Positions 29,761 to 38,932 of a DNA stretch of 64,000 nucleotides are shown here, piece by piece. Made by a program: the position numbers and the translations under genes. Source of the DNA: Candidatus Kaiserbacteria bacterium (GTDB lineage Bacteria > Patescibacteriota > Minisyncoccia > Phycocordibacterales > UBA2100); assembly GCA_017134395.1 (NCBI GenBank), contig CP070993.1, positions 462,199-526,198 on the forward strand, read 5' to 3'. The notes under the pieces were generated by a model, which ran no database searches, had not been told where the DNA came from, and saw nothing but the letters and a program-made list of their open reading frames with translations. Each line of letters begins with the position of its first letter. Position 1 is the first letter of the stretch.

Positions 29761-30783
29761 TTAGTTGTTTGGTAGTTCGCGTACTTCTATAGTACTCGGG
29801 TCAAATTCCTCTACTGGCTCCTCTTCTATTGGAAACACGATATCAAGACCGGCTGCTGCGCGTTCAATAATATACAGAATGTCGTACACAAGACGTTCAG
29901 CGTATACAAGGTCACCTTCCTGCATAGCATTTTCTAATTGCTGCTGTAATTCTACGACACGTTCTTGAGTGAATGTATCGATGTTTACAAGTTCTGCTAC
30001 TCTACTTTCCATAATGCCTATAAGCGCTTCTAGCACCTCTAGTGTGAGTGTTGATTTAGGTGCCTTAAGCAATACTTCAACTGTACTAATTGCACTCTCT
30101 TGAACAACCGTACGTGCCATCATTTCACTTCCCGCCGAAACAGCTGTTTGCGTGTTATCTACAAACATCATCTCTGGTGCCTCCATCGCGAGAGAAGCAG
30201 CTTGAGGTTCTGAATCCATACTAAAGTCTGCGCCACTGAATGCTAATGTACTTTCCTCACGTATCTCTTTACCAATAGCAAAAGCAACGCGGATAGCTTG
30301 AGCCTGCACGGGGTCTGTTTTGCTTAATGTATCGAGTTCTTCTTCTGCTTTTACGATACTCTCATCTACATACGCCATGTTGGCACCACTACCACTCTCT
30401 ACAAGTCTTGTCTGCTCAGCAAAACGTTTATATGTTCTATCTACCGCATAAAGAGCGCGCTCTTTCTCATCGCTAATTGTCGCTAGTTTTATTTCTTCGC
30501 CAGCTGTCTTGACACCAAACAGTACGTCTCCCGGGACAGCATTGGGTGCAGTAAACGAAACGCCAACACCAGAAACAACTAATAATAGCAGTACCGCAAA
30601 TGCTGTATTGAACTGACTAAAAAAGAAGTAGCCTTTAGTAATAGGAGCAGCGGGAACTTCTTTTTGCACAACAGGTGTATATTCCATATATTCAAATATC
30701 TTCTCGCGCATAGCATCTTTCTCCTGCGCACTCATGTGCACATGTGCTCCGATATCTTTCATTGTGTCTTGAAATTTTTTCAT
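29761..30783 (-). CDS. Putative anti-sigma factor (cytoplasmic N-terminus, single TM, extracytoplasmic domain).
   Basis: Immediately downstream of and translationally coupled to the ECF sigma gene; topology fits. Confidence 0.5.
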   Translation of the reverse strand: MKKFQDTMKDIGAHVHMSAQEKDAMREKIFEYMEYTPVVQKEVPAAPITKGYFFFSQFNTAFAVLLLLVVSGVGVSFTAPNAVPGDVLFGVKTAGEEIKLATISDEKERALYAVDRTYKRFAEQTRLVESGSGANMAYVDESIVKAEEELDTLSKTDPVQAQAIRVAFAIGKEIREESTLAFSGADFSMDSEPQAASLAMEAPEMMFVDNTQTAVSAGSEMMARTVVQESAISTVEVLLKAPKSTLTLEVLEALIGIMESRVAELVNIDTFTQERVVELQQQLENAMQEGDLVYAERLVYDILYIIERAAAGLDIVFPIEEEPVEEFDPSTIEVRELPNN

Positions 30784-30785
30784 AC

Positions 30786-31331
30786 TTATTGTGTAACCAT
30801 ATATTCCTGTAACTTTTTGATGCCGCGGTTTATTCGCACCGATACTGTATTCTCATTCTCGTTCAAAACTTCAGCAATCTCTTTTGGTTGCAATCCATCC
30901 ATAAAACGCATAACGACAACACTCCGATAACTGTCTGGTAACTGCGTAAGGGCACGAGCAAGCTCTTGCGATTGGAGTCCTATCTCTAATTTCTCAATTT
31001 CTTCTTCTAAACTTCCCGTTTGCAATCCCTCAAAATTTCCCTCTGTTACTCCCTCTTGTTCGAGAAGTGCATCAAGTGAAGAACTTTTTTTCTTTCGGTA
31101 CTCGTCAATTATGAGATTGTTGAGCACGCGAAACAAAAACGCTTTATAGTTTTGTATTTCTTTACCGTTTGAAGCTGCATCCCACGTTTTCATAAACGTT
31201 TCTTGTGTGAGCTCGAGAGCTCTCTCGCGATTCGACACACGGAAAGAGCAGTGCCTAAATAGCCCATCTGAATGCTCTTCATATGCTTGTGTGAATGCTT
31301 TTTCCACGTCCATTGGTGTGTATAGTATCAA
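30786..31331 (-). CDS. ECF-type RNA polymerase sigma-70 family factor.
   Basis: Region 2 (ETFMKTWD) and region 4 HTH (LQPKEIAEVLNENENTVSVRINRG). Confidence 0.8.
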   Translation of the reverse strand: MILYTPMDVEKAFTQAYEEHSDGLFRHCSFRVSNRERALELTQETFMKTWDAASNGKEIQNYKAFLFRVLNNLIIDEYRKKKSSSLDALLEQEGVTEGNFEGLQTGSLEEEIEKLEIGLQSQELARALTQLPDSYRSVVVMRFMDGLQPKEIAEVLNENENTVSVRINRGIKKLQEYMVTQ

Positions 31332-31424
31332 AGACGCACCAGATGCGCCTTTCTTTCATATTTAAATCTTAAACAAAGAATACACTTGGCCAAGAATAGT
31401 CTTTCAGATCCTTCTTTTCTTTAC

Positions 31425-31448
31425 ATATTAGCGATTAATCGCTAATAT
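31425..31448. promoter_or_regulatory. 24-bp perfect palindrome ATATTAGCGATTAATCGCTAATAT in the divergent promoter region between the ECF sigma gene and the TrpR/YerC-like gene; candidate operator.
   Basis: Exact inverted repeat ending 8 bp before the start codon at 31456; a second copy lies at 31974-31995. Confidence 0.6.
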
Positions 31449-31455
31449 TTTATAC

Positions 31456-31887
31456 ATGGTTCATATTTCCAAAAACAAAGTCGCTAGTCCCGTCCAAGAA
31501 AAATTGTTTAAAGAGCTCGCTGATCTGTTCGTTGCAAATACAAGCGCAACTGGCTTTTCGAAATTGCTTTTTGAGCTTCTCTCCAAAACAGAGCGGATTA
31601 TGCTCGCGAAGCGAGTTGGCATCATAGGTGCACTGCTCAATGAATACTCGGCATACGAAATTAGTCAGCTATTTAAAGTCAGTACATCTACGGTTATTCG
31701 TATTGAAACGCAAATGCAGCAAGGGAAATTTGACTACATAACGAGCATATTTAAAAAGAAGAAAGCGCGTGCAAGTTTCCTACATATTTTGGAAACAATG
31801 GTGACACTTGGTTTTCCTGGTGTAGCAAATAAGCGTGTGCGCGCTAAGGTACAGCGAGACATGCATGCGTGGAAAGCGGGTGGATAA
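31456..31887 (+). CDS. TrpR/YerC/YecD-like small DNA-binding protein.
   Basis: 143 aa; the helix-turn-helix region (ISQLFKVSTSTVIRIE) and overall pattern resemble the Trp-repressor-like YerC family. Confidence 0.5.
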   Translation: MVHISKNKVASPVQEKLFKELADLFVANTSATGFSKLLFELLSKTERIMLAKRVGIIGALLNEYSAYEISQLFKVSTSTVIRIETQMQQGKFDYITSIFKKKKARASFLHILETMVTLGFPGVANKRVRAKVQRDMHAWKAGG

Positions 31888-31973
31888 TAACACTAACCCC
31901 GCACAACTAGCACTGCACAGTGACTACACACTTCTCTAAACCTATAATTTGCTACCTGATTTGTATTTGTAGT

Positions 31974-31995
31974 TTTTAGCGATTAATCGCTAAAA
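31974..31995. promoter_or_regulatory. Second perfect copy of the palindrome TTTTAGCGATTAATCGCTAAAA, about 87 bp after the TrpR-like stop and about 180 bp upstream of yebC.
   Basis: Exact inverted repeat sharing the TTAGCGATTAATCGCTAA core with 31425-31448. Confidence 0.6.
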
Positions 31996-32172
31996 TTCAG
32001 CATTGTAAATCAAAAGAGGAGAGAAGGGGGTTGAAAAAGAGGAAATAGGGGTGGTGCTTCCTGTTGCTGCTTTTTTATTTACGGTATAGTGCTGCGTTGT
32101 TTGTGTCCTGCTGATTGTACAAGGTGTGAATTTCTTTCAAACTATCTCGTAATATTGTAAAATCACCATACT

Positions 32173-32709
32173 ATGTCAGGACACAATAAATGGTCAAAAA
32201 TAAAGCACAAAAAAGCGGCTACTGATGCTGCAAAGAGTAAGGTATTCGGCAAAATGGCAAAACTCATAGCCATAGAGTCGAAAAAAGCAAATGGCGACAT
32301 AACGTCACCTGGATTGCGCGCTGCAATAGAATCAGCAAAGGGAGTAAGTATGCCAAAGGACAATATAGATCGTGCAGTTGCAAAGGGATCTTCTGAAGAA
32401 ACTGCGGCATTGGAATCTATCTTGTACGAGATGTACGGACCAGGTGGAACTGCAGTACTTATTGATATTCTTACTGACAACCGAAACCGCACGGCAGCAG
32501 AAATTCGCCACTTACTTTCAAAACTGGGTGGGTACGAACTCGCAACTCCAGGAAGCGCCGCATGGGCCTTCACAAAGCAAGCCGAAGGAGGATACGAAGC
32601 AAACAGCACTGTTGAAATTTCAGACGAAGATGGTGAAAAACTTGAAGCTCTCATGGAGGCTCTTGATGAACAAGAAGACGTCCAAGACGTTTACACAAAC
32701 GCTGCATAA
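32173..32709 (+). CDS. yebC: YebC/PmpR-family probable transcriptional regulator (short form).
   Basis: N-terminal MSGHNKWSKIKHKKAATDAAKSK is signature YebC. Confidence 0.8.
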   Translation: MSGHNKWSKIKHKKAATDAAKSKVFGKMAKLIAIESKKANGDITSPGLRAAIESAKGVSMPKDNIDRAVAKGSSEETAALESILYEMYGPGGTAVLIDILTDNRNRTAAEIRHLLSKLGGYELATPGSAAWAFTKQAEGGYEANSTVEISDEDGEKLEALMEALDEQEDVQDVYTNAA

Positions 32710-32742
32710 TCGCAGCGTTTTTTGTTCGTGTACAATGTGTGT

Positions 32743-33216
32743 ATGAGAATAATCGGTATAGACCCAGGTTATGAACGCCTCGGGATAGCAATTATTGAAA
32801 AAGACACTGGAAAAGAAATTCTAGTTCATAGCGAGTGCTTTCAGACAGATGCAGCACTTCCCTTTCACCAGCGCCTGCACAAAGTCGGCGAACGTATAGA
32901 GGCACTTGTTTCAGAATATTCACCAAAACAACTCGCACTAGAGAACGTTTTCTTTAACACCAACCAAAAAACTGCAATGGATGTTGCGGCTGTTCGTGGG
33001 GTTTTATTATATGTAGGAAAGTCACTGAACTTAGAAACATTTGAGTACACACCTCCTCAAATAAAGTCCGCAGTGGGTGGAAGTGGGCGTGCAGATAAAA
33101 AAGCGGTAGCTTCAATGATTCATAACCTAATAGATATCAACAAGGAAATTCGCTTAGATGATGAGTACGATGCTATTGCAGTAGCACTTACACACAGTGC
33201 TATCCACAGAAAATAA
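32743..33216 (+). CDS. ruvC: Crossover junction endodeoxyribonuclease RuvC.
   Basis: MRIIGIDPGYERLGIAI RNase H-like start; start moved to the ATG at 32743. Confidence 0.8.
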   Translation: MRIIGIDPGYERLGIAIIEKDTGKEILVHSECFQTDAALPFHQRLHKVGERIEALVSEYSPKQLALENVFFNTNQKTAMDVAAVRGVLLYVGKSLNLETFEYTPPQIKSAVGGSGRADKKAVASMIHNLIDINKEIRLDDEYDAIAVALTHSAIHRK

Positions 33217-33382
33217 CTAGTTGTCCTCTCTTATTTTAAAGTTATTCCCGCTTAGAGCTTAGTTATTCACTCGCTTTCCACATTCTAATGGTAGTTATCC
33301 ACAACTTATTCCCTATTGAAAAAGGTTTTATATTTGGTACAAAAGTGACGGAGTATTAGTAAAATATTTTGTTATACACACT

Positions 33383-33592
33383 ATGATGTTGGATGAAGAA
33401 AACAACGATTTGTCAGAGGCATTTGACGATGCGTTTGATGAAGAAGACGAGGAAGATGTCGAGGAAGAGGAAATTCCTTTAGAAAACGGAGAAACTGGTA
33501 GTGAAGACGACGACGAGAGTTTGTGGGAGGATGATGAAGATGATAACGAAGCTCCCGAGATTCCTTTCTCAGACGACGAGCCGCGGCTCTAA
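33383..33592 (+). CDS. Small extremely acidic protein (69 aa, about 50% Asp/Glu).
   Basis: ORF with its own upstream region and a strong downstream terminator; function unknown. Confidence 0.4.
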   Translation: MMLDEENNDLSEAFDDAFDEEDEEDVEEEEIPLENGETGSEDDDESLWEDDEDDNEAPEIPFSDDEPRL

Positions 33593-33608
33593 TTAGCGCC
33601 AAAATGAA

Positions 33609-33635
33609 CAAACGCCTCAGTCACTGAGGCGTTTG
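33609..33635. terminator. Bidirectional intrinsic terminator between the acidic-protein gene (+) and tyrS (-).
   Basis: Perfect hairpin caaacgcctcagt-c-actgaggcgtttg with T-runs on both strands. Confidence 0.7.
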
Positions 33636-33637
33636 TT

Positions 33638-34855
33638 TTATACCTTAATTTCCAAGAACCTGTGTTTTCCTATTTTATATATTCCTGAAGTGGCAATGGC
33701 AGCTGTGTTGTCGATTTTTGTATTAGTTGTCTTGTTGGTGATAGCCCCAGCTTCCACTAAACGTTTAAAGTCAGTTTTAGATTCCACAACACCTGCTTCA
33801 AGGAACACGTCTACAAGAACGTCTCCTTTTTTTATTGAAGTGCTTTGTACATTTTCTGGTATACCTCCTTTTTGAAAAGTCGAGATGAATACCTCTTGAG
33901 CGGTAACTGCTTCTTTATCGCTATGAAAGAGACTCACAATTGCATGCGCAAGACGCATCTTAGTATCTCGCAAGTTCACTGTTTTCGCAGTTAGACCTTC
34001 TGTGATTTCGGTAACCTCAGCCATAGGTAGTCGCGTTAGGTTCGTGAAATACACTGGCATGACTTCGTCATTCACACGCATCACTTTTGCATACATTTCC
34101 GCCGGAGATTCAGTAAGGTTGATTGTATTGCCCCAACTTGAACTCATCTTGCGTCCGTCAGTTCCTTCAATTAAAGGATTCATAATAATGTCTTGTCGTT
34201 CTTGTCCAAAGTGTTCTTGTAGTGTTCTTCCTGCAAGTAAGTTGAATCGCTGGTCGGTACCACCTAATTCAACATCGGCTTTAAGTGCAACACTGTCGTA
34301 GCCCTGCATAAGTGGATACAACATTTCGCGAAGCGATACACGCTTCCCTGCGTCAAGACGCTTCTTGATATTGTCGCGTGCTATGAAATCTGCAACGGAA
34401 AATTGGTCGGCGTGCATACCAATTTCTTCATAGGTAAGTTTGTGTAACCATTCAGAGTTGCGGCGTTTCTCTACCTTCCTCATGTCGAGTATTGCGCTAG
34501 CCTGCTCGAAGTAGGTACTCATATTTTCTAATACCAATTCCCTTGTGAGCATTGGGCGCTCACTTTCTTTATCAGAAGTATCTCCAACTACACCAGTTCC
34601 GTCACCAATTACCAACACAACTTGATGTCCAAGTTTTTGAAAATCTCGGAGTTTAAGTAGTGGTACTGCTCGCCCTAAATGAAGATTGGGGCTTGTTGGA
34701 TCTATTCCTAACTTAATACGTAGCTGTCGTCCTGAGAGCAGCTTCTTTTTAAGAGAATCGTACTGAATAACTTCAGCAACGCCACGAGTGAGTAATTCTT
34801 CTATCTTTGCTTCGTCTGTACTAACAGCCGTGCTTTTAAAAAAGTTTGAAAACAT
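33638..34855 (-). CDS. tyrS: Tyrosyl-tRNA synthetase.
   Basis: HLGR (HIGH-class) motif, KMSSS (KMSKS) motif, C-terminal S4-like domain. Confidence 0.85.
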   Translation of the reverse strand: MFSNFFKSTAVSTDEAKIEELLTRGVAEVIQYDSLKKKLLSGRQLRIKLGIDPTSPNLHLGRAVPLLKLRDFQKLGHQVVLVIGDGTGVVGDTSDKESERPMLTRELVLENMSTYFEQASAILDMRKVEKRRNSEWLHKLTYEEIGMHADQFSVADFIARDNIKKRLDAGKRVSLREMLYPLMQGYDSVALKADVELGGTDQRFNLLAGRTLQEHFGQERQDIIMNPLIEGTDGRKMSSSWGNTINLTESPAEMYAKVMRVNDEVMPVYFTNLTRLPMAEVTEITEGLTAKTVNLRDTKMRLAHAIVSLFHSDKEAVTAQEVFISTFQKGGIPENVQSTSIKKGDVLVDVFLEAGVVESKTDFKRLVEAGAITNKTTNTKIDNTAAIATSGIYKIGKHRFLEIKV

Positions 34856-34885
34856 GGGTTAAATACTACACCAAATCACTGTTTC

Positions 34886-37309
34886 ATGGTACCTTTTGTT
34901 TTAATGAAGCGAATATTTCGTAACTTCTTTATAACCTCTGTAGCACTAGGGCTTTTTGTCGTAAGTGGTGTTTTTCTGTGGGTAGCAACTCTTGAAATTC
35001 CCACTCTCGATGGCTTTGCTGCGCGACAGATAACTCAATCAACAAAAATCTATGACCGAACCGGAGAAGTTCTCCTCTTTGATTTACACGAGGATATTCG
35101 TCGAACAGTAGTCCCACTTGAGGACATGTCTCGTAATCTAAAAAATGCAACTATCGCTATTGAGGATGCAGAATTTTATAGTCACTACGGTATTCGTCCT
35201 GGTCGTACGTTGAAAGCAGTGTACGACAACATAACAACTGGAGACCTACTCGGCGGACAAGGTGGCTCCACAATTACTCAACAGGTAATTAAAAATACCC
35301 TTCTCACACGCGATAAAAAAATATCTCGAAAGGTAAAGGAGTGGATTTTGGCACTAAAGATTGAACAGATTTTAGAAAAAGATGAAATTCTCGAACTCTA
35401 TTTAAACGAAGCACCATATGGTGGAAATATATATGGCGCTGAAGAAGCTTCACAGCATTTTTATGCAAAATCTGCTAGCGAACTCACTCTCGTTGAAGCG
35501 GCATATCTAGCAGCTCTCCCGCAAGCACCAAGTCGGTACTCTCCCTATGGAAACCGTACTGACCTGTTGGAGGATAGAAAAAATTTAGTCCTTACACAAA
35601 TGCTTCAGGGTGGTTTTATTACACAAGAAGAGTATGACGAAGCATCAACGGAGATTGTAGAGTTCGAACAATATGGTGATACAAATATTAAAGCTCCCCA
35701 CTTTGTCTTTTATGTACGAGAGTATCTCGAAGAAAAATATGGCCGGGAAGCTGTGTATGAAAGTGGATTAAAGGTTATAACCACACTGAATTACGACCTG
35801 CAAAAAATTGGAGAAGAAGTTGTTGCAGAATTTGCGTATAAAAATGAGGAAGATTTTAATGCCGAGAATGCAGCACTTGTTGCCATTGACCCAAAGACAG
35901 GCCACATTCTCACAATGGTAGGATCACGTAACTATTTTGATGAAGATATAGACGGTAAATTTAATATTACAACTGCGTATCGTCAACCAGGGTCTACATT
36001 TAAACCAATTGTGTATGCCTCCGCATTCGAACAGGGATATACTCCAGAAACTGTTGTGTTTGATGTCCCTACGCAATTCTCAACAAACTGCGAACCAAAT
36101 AACTTTAGTAGTGCAGATGGATGCTATTCACCAGTAAACTATGATGGTGTGTTCCGAGGACCAATGACATTCCGTAACGCGCTGGCTCAGTCAATAAACA
36201 TCCCTGCCGTCAAAGCTTTGTACTTAGTTGGTGTAAACACAGCGCTTGAAACAGCTCAAAAACTTGGTATAGAAAGTCTTGCTGAAAATGTCAATTATTA
36301 CGGGCTTCCTTTAGTACTTGGGGGTGGTGAAGTGTCTCCATTAGAAATAACGAGTGCTTACGGAGTGTTCGCAAACGATGGAGTACGACATCCTCACACT
36401 GCTATTTTACGCGTTGAAGATTCCGCTGGGACAGTCCTAGAAGAGTATGAGGAAAATGAGGGTAAACAAGTGATTTTAGAACAAACAGCTCGTTCAGTTT
36501 CGAGTGTCCTTACTGATATCCAAGCCCGCACGCCAGCATACGGTGAAAATTCATTTTCGTTTGGCTCTCAGCAAGTCGCAATTAAGACTGGTACGACTAA
36601 TGATTTTAGGGATGTATGGATAATGGGTTACACACCTTCGATTGCAGTAGGAACATGGGGAGGAAATAATGACAACTCTCCTATTGTTAAGAAGGTTGCA
36701 GGGTTTGTTCTTGCTCCAATGTGGCGCGCGTACATGGACAGAGCTCTGCCATTAGTAGAAGCTGAAAACTTTGAACCGCCAATACCTGAAGAAGATGTGG
36801 AGACTTTGAAGCCAGTACTTCGTGGGTTCTGGCAAGGATCGACTGCATCTACCACCTCGAGTGTTCATTCCATACTCCACTGGGCCTCTAAAAATGACCC
36901 GAGAGGACCCGTTCCTTCAAATCCGACCCAAGACCCCCAATATGAATCATGGGAGTATGCGGTTAATGTGTGGGCTCAGGAGAACACACCACAACTAGCG
37001 GGAGGTTTTAATTCAGGTATTAGTAACCAAAATATAAACATGCAAGAAAGTATAAAAATACTCTCACCAGTAACAGGTGGTGTGTATAAGGAAGGAGAAA
37101 TTCTTTCAGTGTTGGTTGGTACAAACAATTCACTTCCTATTACGTCAGTAGACTACTATTTTAATGATGTCTTTCTAGGAAACTCGAATCAAAAACCGTA
37201 TACATTAAGCATTATCCCAAGTGGTAAAGGTGAACAAACCATTACAGTTACCGGCCGAGGTGGTGATGCTTTAAACTACACAACTGAAGTTACTTTCCAG
37301 GTGGACTAA
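34886..37309 (+). CDS. Class A penicillin-binding protein (glycosyltransferase GT51 plus transpeptidase) with a C-terminal extension.
   Basis: GT51 motif EDAEFYSHYGI, TP motifs STFKP, SIN, KTGT; about 150 extra C-terminal residues. Confidence 0.85.
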   Translation: MVPFVLMKRIFRNFFITSVALGLFVVSGVFLWVATLEIPTLDGFAARQITQSTKIYDRTGEVLLFDLHEDIRRTVVPLEDMSRNLKNATIAIEDAEFYSHYGIRPGRTLKAVYDNITTGDLLGGQGGSTITQQVIKNTLLTRDKKISRKVKEWILALKIEQILEKDEILELYLNEAPYGGNIYGAEEASQHFYAKSASELTLVEAAYLAALPQAPSRYSPYGNRTDLLEDRKNLVLTQMLQGGFITQEEYDEASTEIVEFEQYGDTNIKAPHFVFYVREYLEEKYGREAVYESGLKVITTLNYDLQKIGEEVVAEFAYKNEEDFNAENAALVAIDPKTGHILTMVGSRNYFDEDIDGKFNITTAYRQPGSTFKPIVYASAFEQGYTPETVVFDVPTQFSTNCEPNNFSSADGCYSPVNYDGVFRGPMTFRNALAQSINIPAVKALYLVGVNTALETAQKLGIESLAENVNYYGLPLVLGGGEVSPLEITSAYGVFANDGVRHPHTAILRVEDSAGTVLEEYEENEGKQVILEQTARSVSSVLTDIQARTPAYGENSFSFGSQQVAIKTGTTNDFRDVWIMGYTPSIAVGTWGGNNDNSPIVKKVAGFVLAPMWRAYMDRALPLVEAENFEPPIPEEDVETLKPVLRGFWQGSTASTTSSVHSILHWASKNDPRGPVPSNPTQDPQYESWEYAVNVWAQENTPQLAGGFNSGISNQNINMQESIKILSPVTGGVYKEGEILSVLVGTNNSLPITSVDYYFNDVFLGNSNQKPYTLSIIPSGKGEQTITVTGRGGDALNYTTEVTFQVD

Positions 37310-37318
37310 TACTGTTTT

Positions 37319-37579
37319 TTAGAAAATAGCAGTGAGGGCATTCTTATCACCCATCTCTTTATTTACTTTTTTTAGAATATCTTGTTGATTAAAGCGTATC
37401 TCACTTTTAATAACCGAAGGTGCATTCACATGTGCTGTGTGTTTATTTATTTTTACGTCTTTTTTGTCTATGACAAAATCTATCGTTTCCTCCACTGCTT
37501 TTATGAACGCTTTTTTGATCGTAGCATCAGGAGCTTGAATATGTGCGTATCTGTCGAGTAGATTGTTGATTATTTTCAT
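37319..37579 (-). CDS. Small hypothetical protein downstream of dnaN (possibly DUF721-like).
   Basis: 86-aa ORF abutting the dnaN stop; the positional analogy to dnaN-linked small genes is weak evidence. Confidence 0.35.
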   Translation of the reverse strand: MKIINNLLDRYAHIQAPDATIKKAFIKAVEETIDFVIDKKDVKINKHTAHVNAPSVIKSEIRFNQQDILKKVNKEMGDKNALTAIF

Positions 37580-37581
37580 AC

Positions 37582-38685
37582 CTACTTGTTCATTGGCATA
37601 ACAAGATAAATAAATGAGTTATCACTTACGCCTTTCACAATGAGTGGTTTTCCAAATCCTGCAAAAGACAAAGATACACTGTCAGTAGTGATTGATTGAA
37701 ATACATCTATAAGATATTTATGATTAAAGCTTATATCTAAGTCTTCTCCTGTTATAGCAGCGTCGAGGGAATCAAATATTTCACCAACATCGTTGTTTCT
37801 AGCACTAATAGTGAATGTCTTTTTTTGAGGGTACACATGAAGTGTAATTTGGCCAAATTTATCAGAGAATATTTGAGCTTTTTTTAGTGTATTTAAAAGA
37901 TCTTCTTTCAACACTACAACTTCTGTTGTTGTTTCTTTAGGAAGAATGCTTCTGTAGTCAGGAAAAGAGCCATCTATAATGCGAGAGGTTATATATAAAT
38001 CACCACTTTTAATCGAATATTGGTTTTCGTCAATAAATACCTCGAGGTCTTGGTTTTGTTGTGATTCTAAGATACGAACAAGTTCTGTAGTGTTTTTTAC
38101 AGGCATTATTGTAGTAGGTAGTTCTTCTTCTGTTTTATAGTGTACTTTTTTTTCAGCCAGGCGAAACGAGTCAGTGGCAACGAATACTAAATTTTCATCT
38201 TCATGGTACATGTATACACTAGCGAGCTCTGGTTTAATTAGTGAAGTTGATGCACTGTATAAAACACTCTTTACACCTTTAATGAGGCTTTCTTTAGGTA
38301 TTATGTGTTTATTTTTAGTTTCTGGTTTAGGAATTGTTGGGAAGTCATCTAGTGGGATTGTCTTAATTGTTGTTTTTGCACCACCTATTACCAACACTAT
38401 AGATCCTTCAATAAGTTCTAGTGATACTTTAGATTGTTGTGGTGATGTCTTTAAGGTTGAGTGTAGTATTTGAGCAGGAATTGCTACAGATCCTTCTATT
38501 TTTACATCTGCTGAGAATTTTATTTCAATACTTAATTCTAGATTTGTTGAGCGTATAGTTACATTCTTACCTTCTGCTTCAAACACCAAACATCTGAGCA
38601 CTGGGAGTGTTGCTGAATTAGACACCACTCTTGATGTGGTATCCACAGCCTCTTCAAGGTCTTTTTTTAAACATTCTAATTTCAT
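37582..38685 (-). CDS. dnaN: DNA polymerase III beta sliding clamp.
   Basis: 367 aa, three-domain clamp pattern, directly downstream of dnaA. Confidence 0.85.
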   Translation of the reverse strand: MKLECLKKDLEEAVDTTSRVVSNSATLPVLRCLVFEAEGKNVTIRSTNLELSIEIKFSADVKIEGSVAIPAQILHSTLKTSPQQSKVSLELIEGSIVLVIGGAKTTIKTIPLDDFPTIPKPETKNKHIIPKESLIKGVKSVLYSASTSLIKPELASVYMYHEDENLVFVATDSFRLAEKKVHYKTEEELPTTIMPVKNTTELVRILESQQNQDLEVFIDENQYSIKSGDLYITSRIIDGSFPDYRSILPKETTTEVVVLKEDLLNTLKKAQIFSDKFGQITLHVYPQKKTFTISARNNDVGEIFDSLDAAITGEDLDISFNHKYLIDVFQSITTDSVSLSFAGFGKPLIVKGVSDNSFIYLVMPMNK

Positions 38686-38932
38686 ACGTATTTTTTATTT
38701 TCCTCAACGTTTATATATTAGGACTGTGTGTATGTGGACAAAGGTATAAGTACCTAAAGTATTAAACACTTTTTAAATAAATACTCTGTGGGTTACTAGG
38801 TGAGAAACAAACAATAAGAGTGTTAACAACTAATACCTAAAAAATATTTTAAGATTTTTTGTGGACAACCTTTTAATAATTAACATAGTTATCAACACCA
38901 AATCCCAACATCTACACACAACTAATTAACAC

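Noticed and set aside
33296-33304. Isolated exact DnaA box TTATCCACA upstream of the acidic-protein gene as a second origin.
   Set aside because: It is a single 9-mer without clustered boxes or an AT-rich unwinding element. It is most likely chance or a DnaA-regulated promoter, not an origin.
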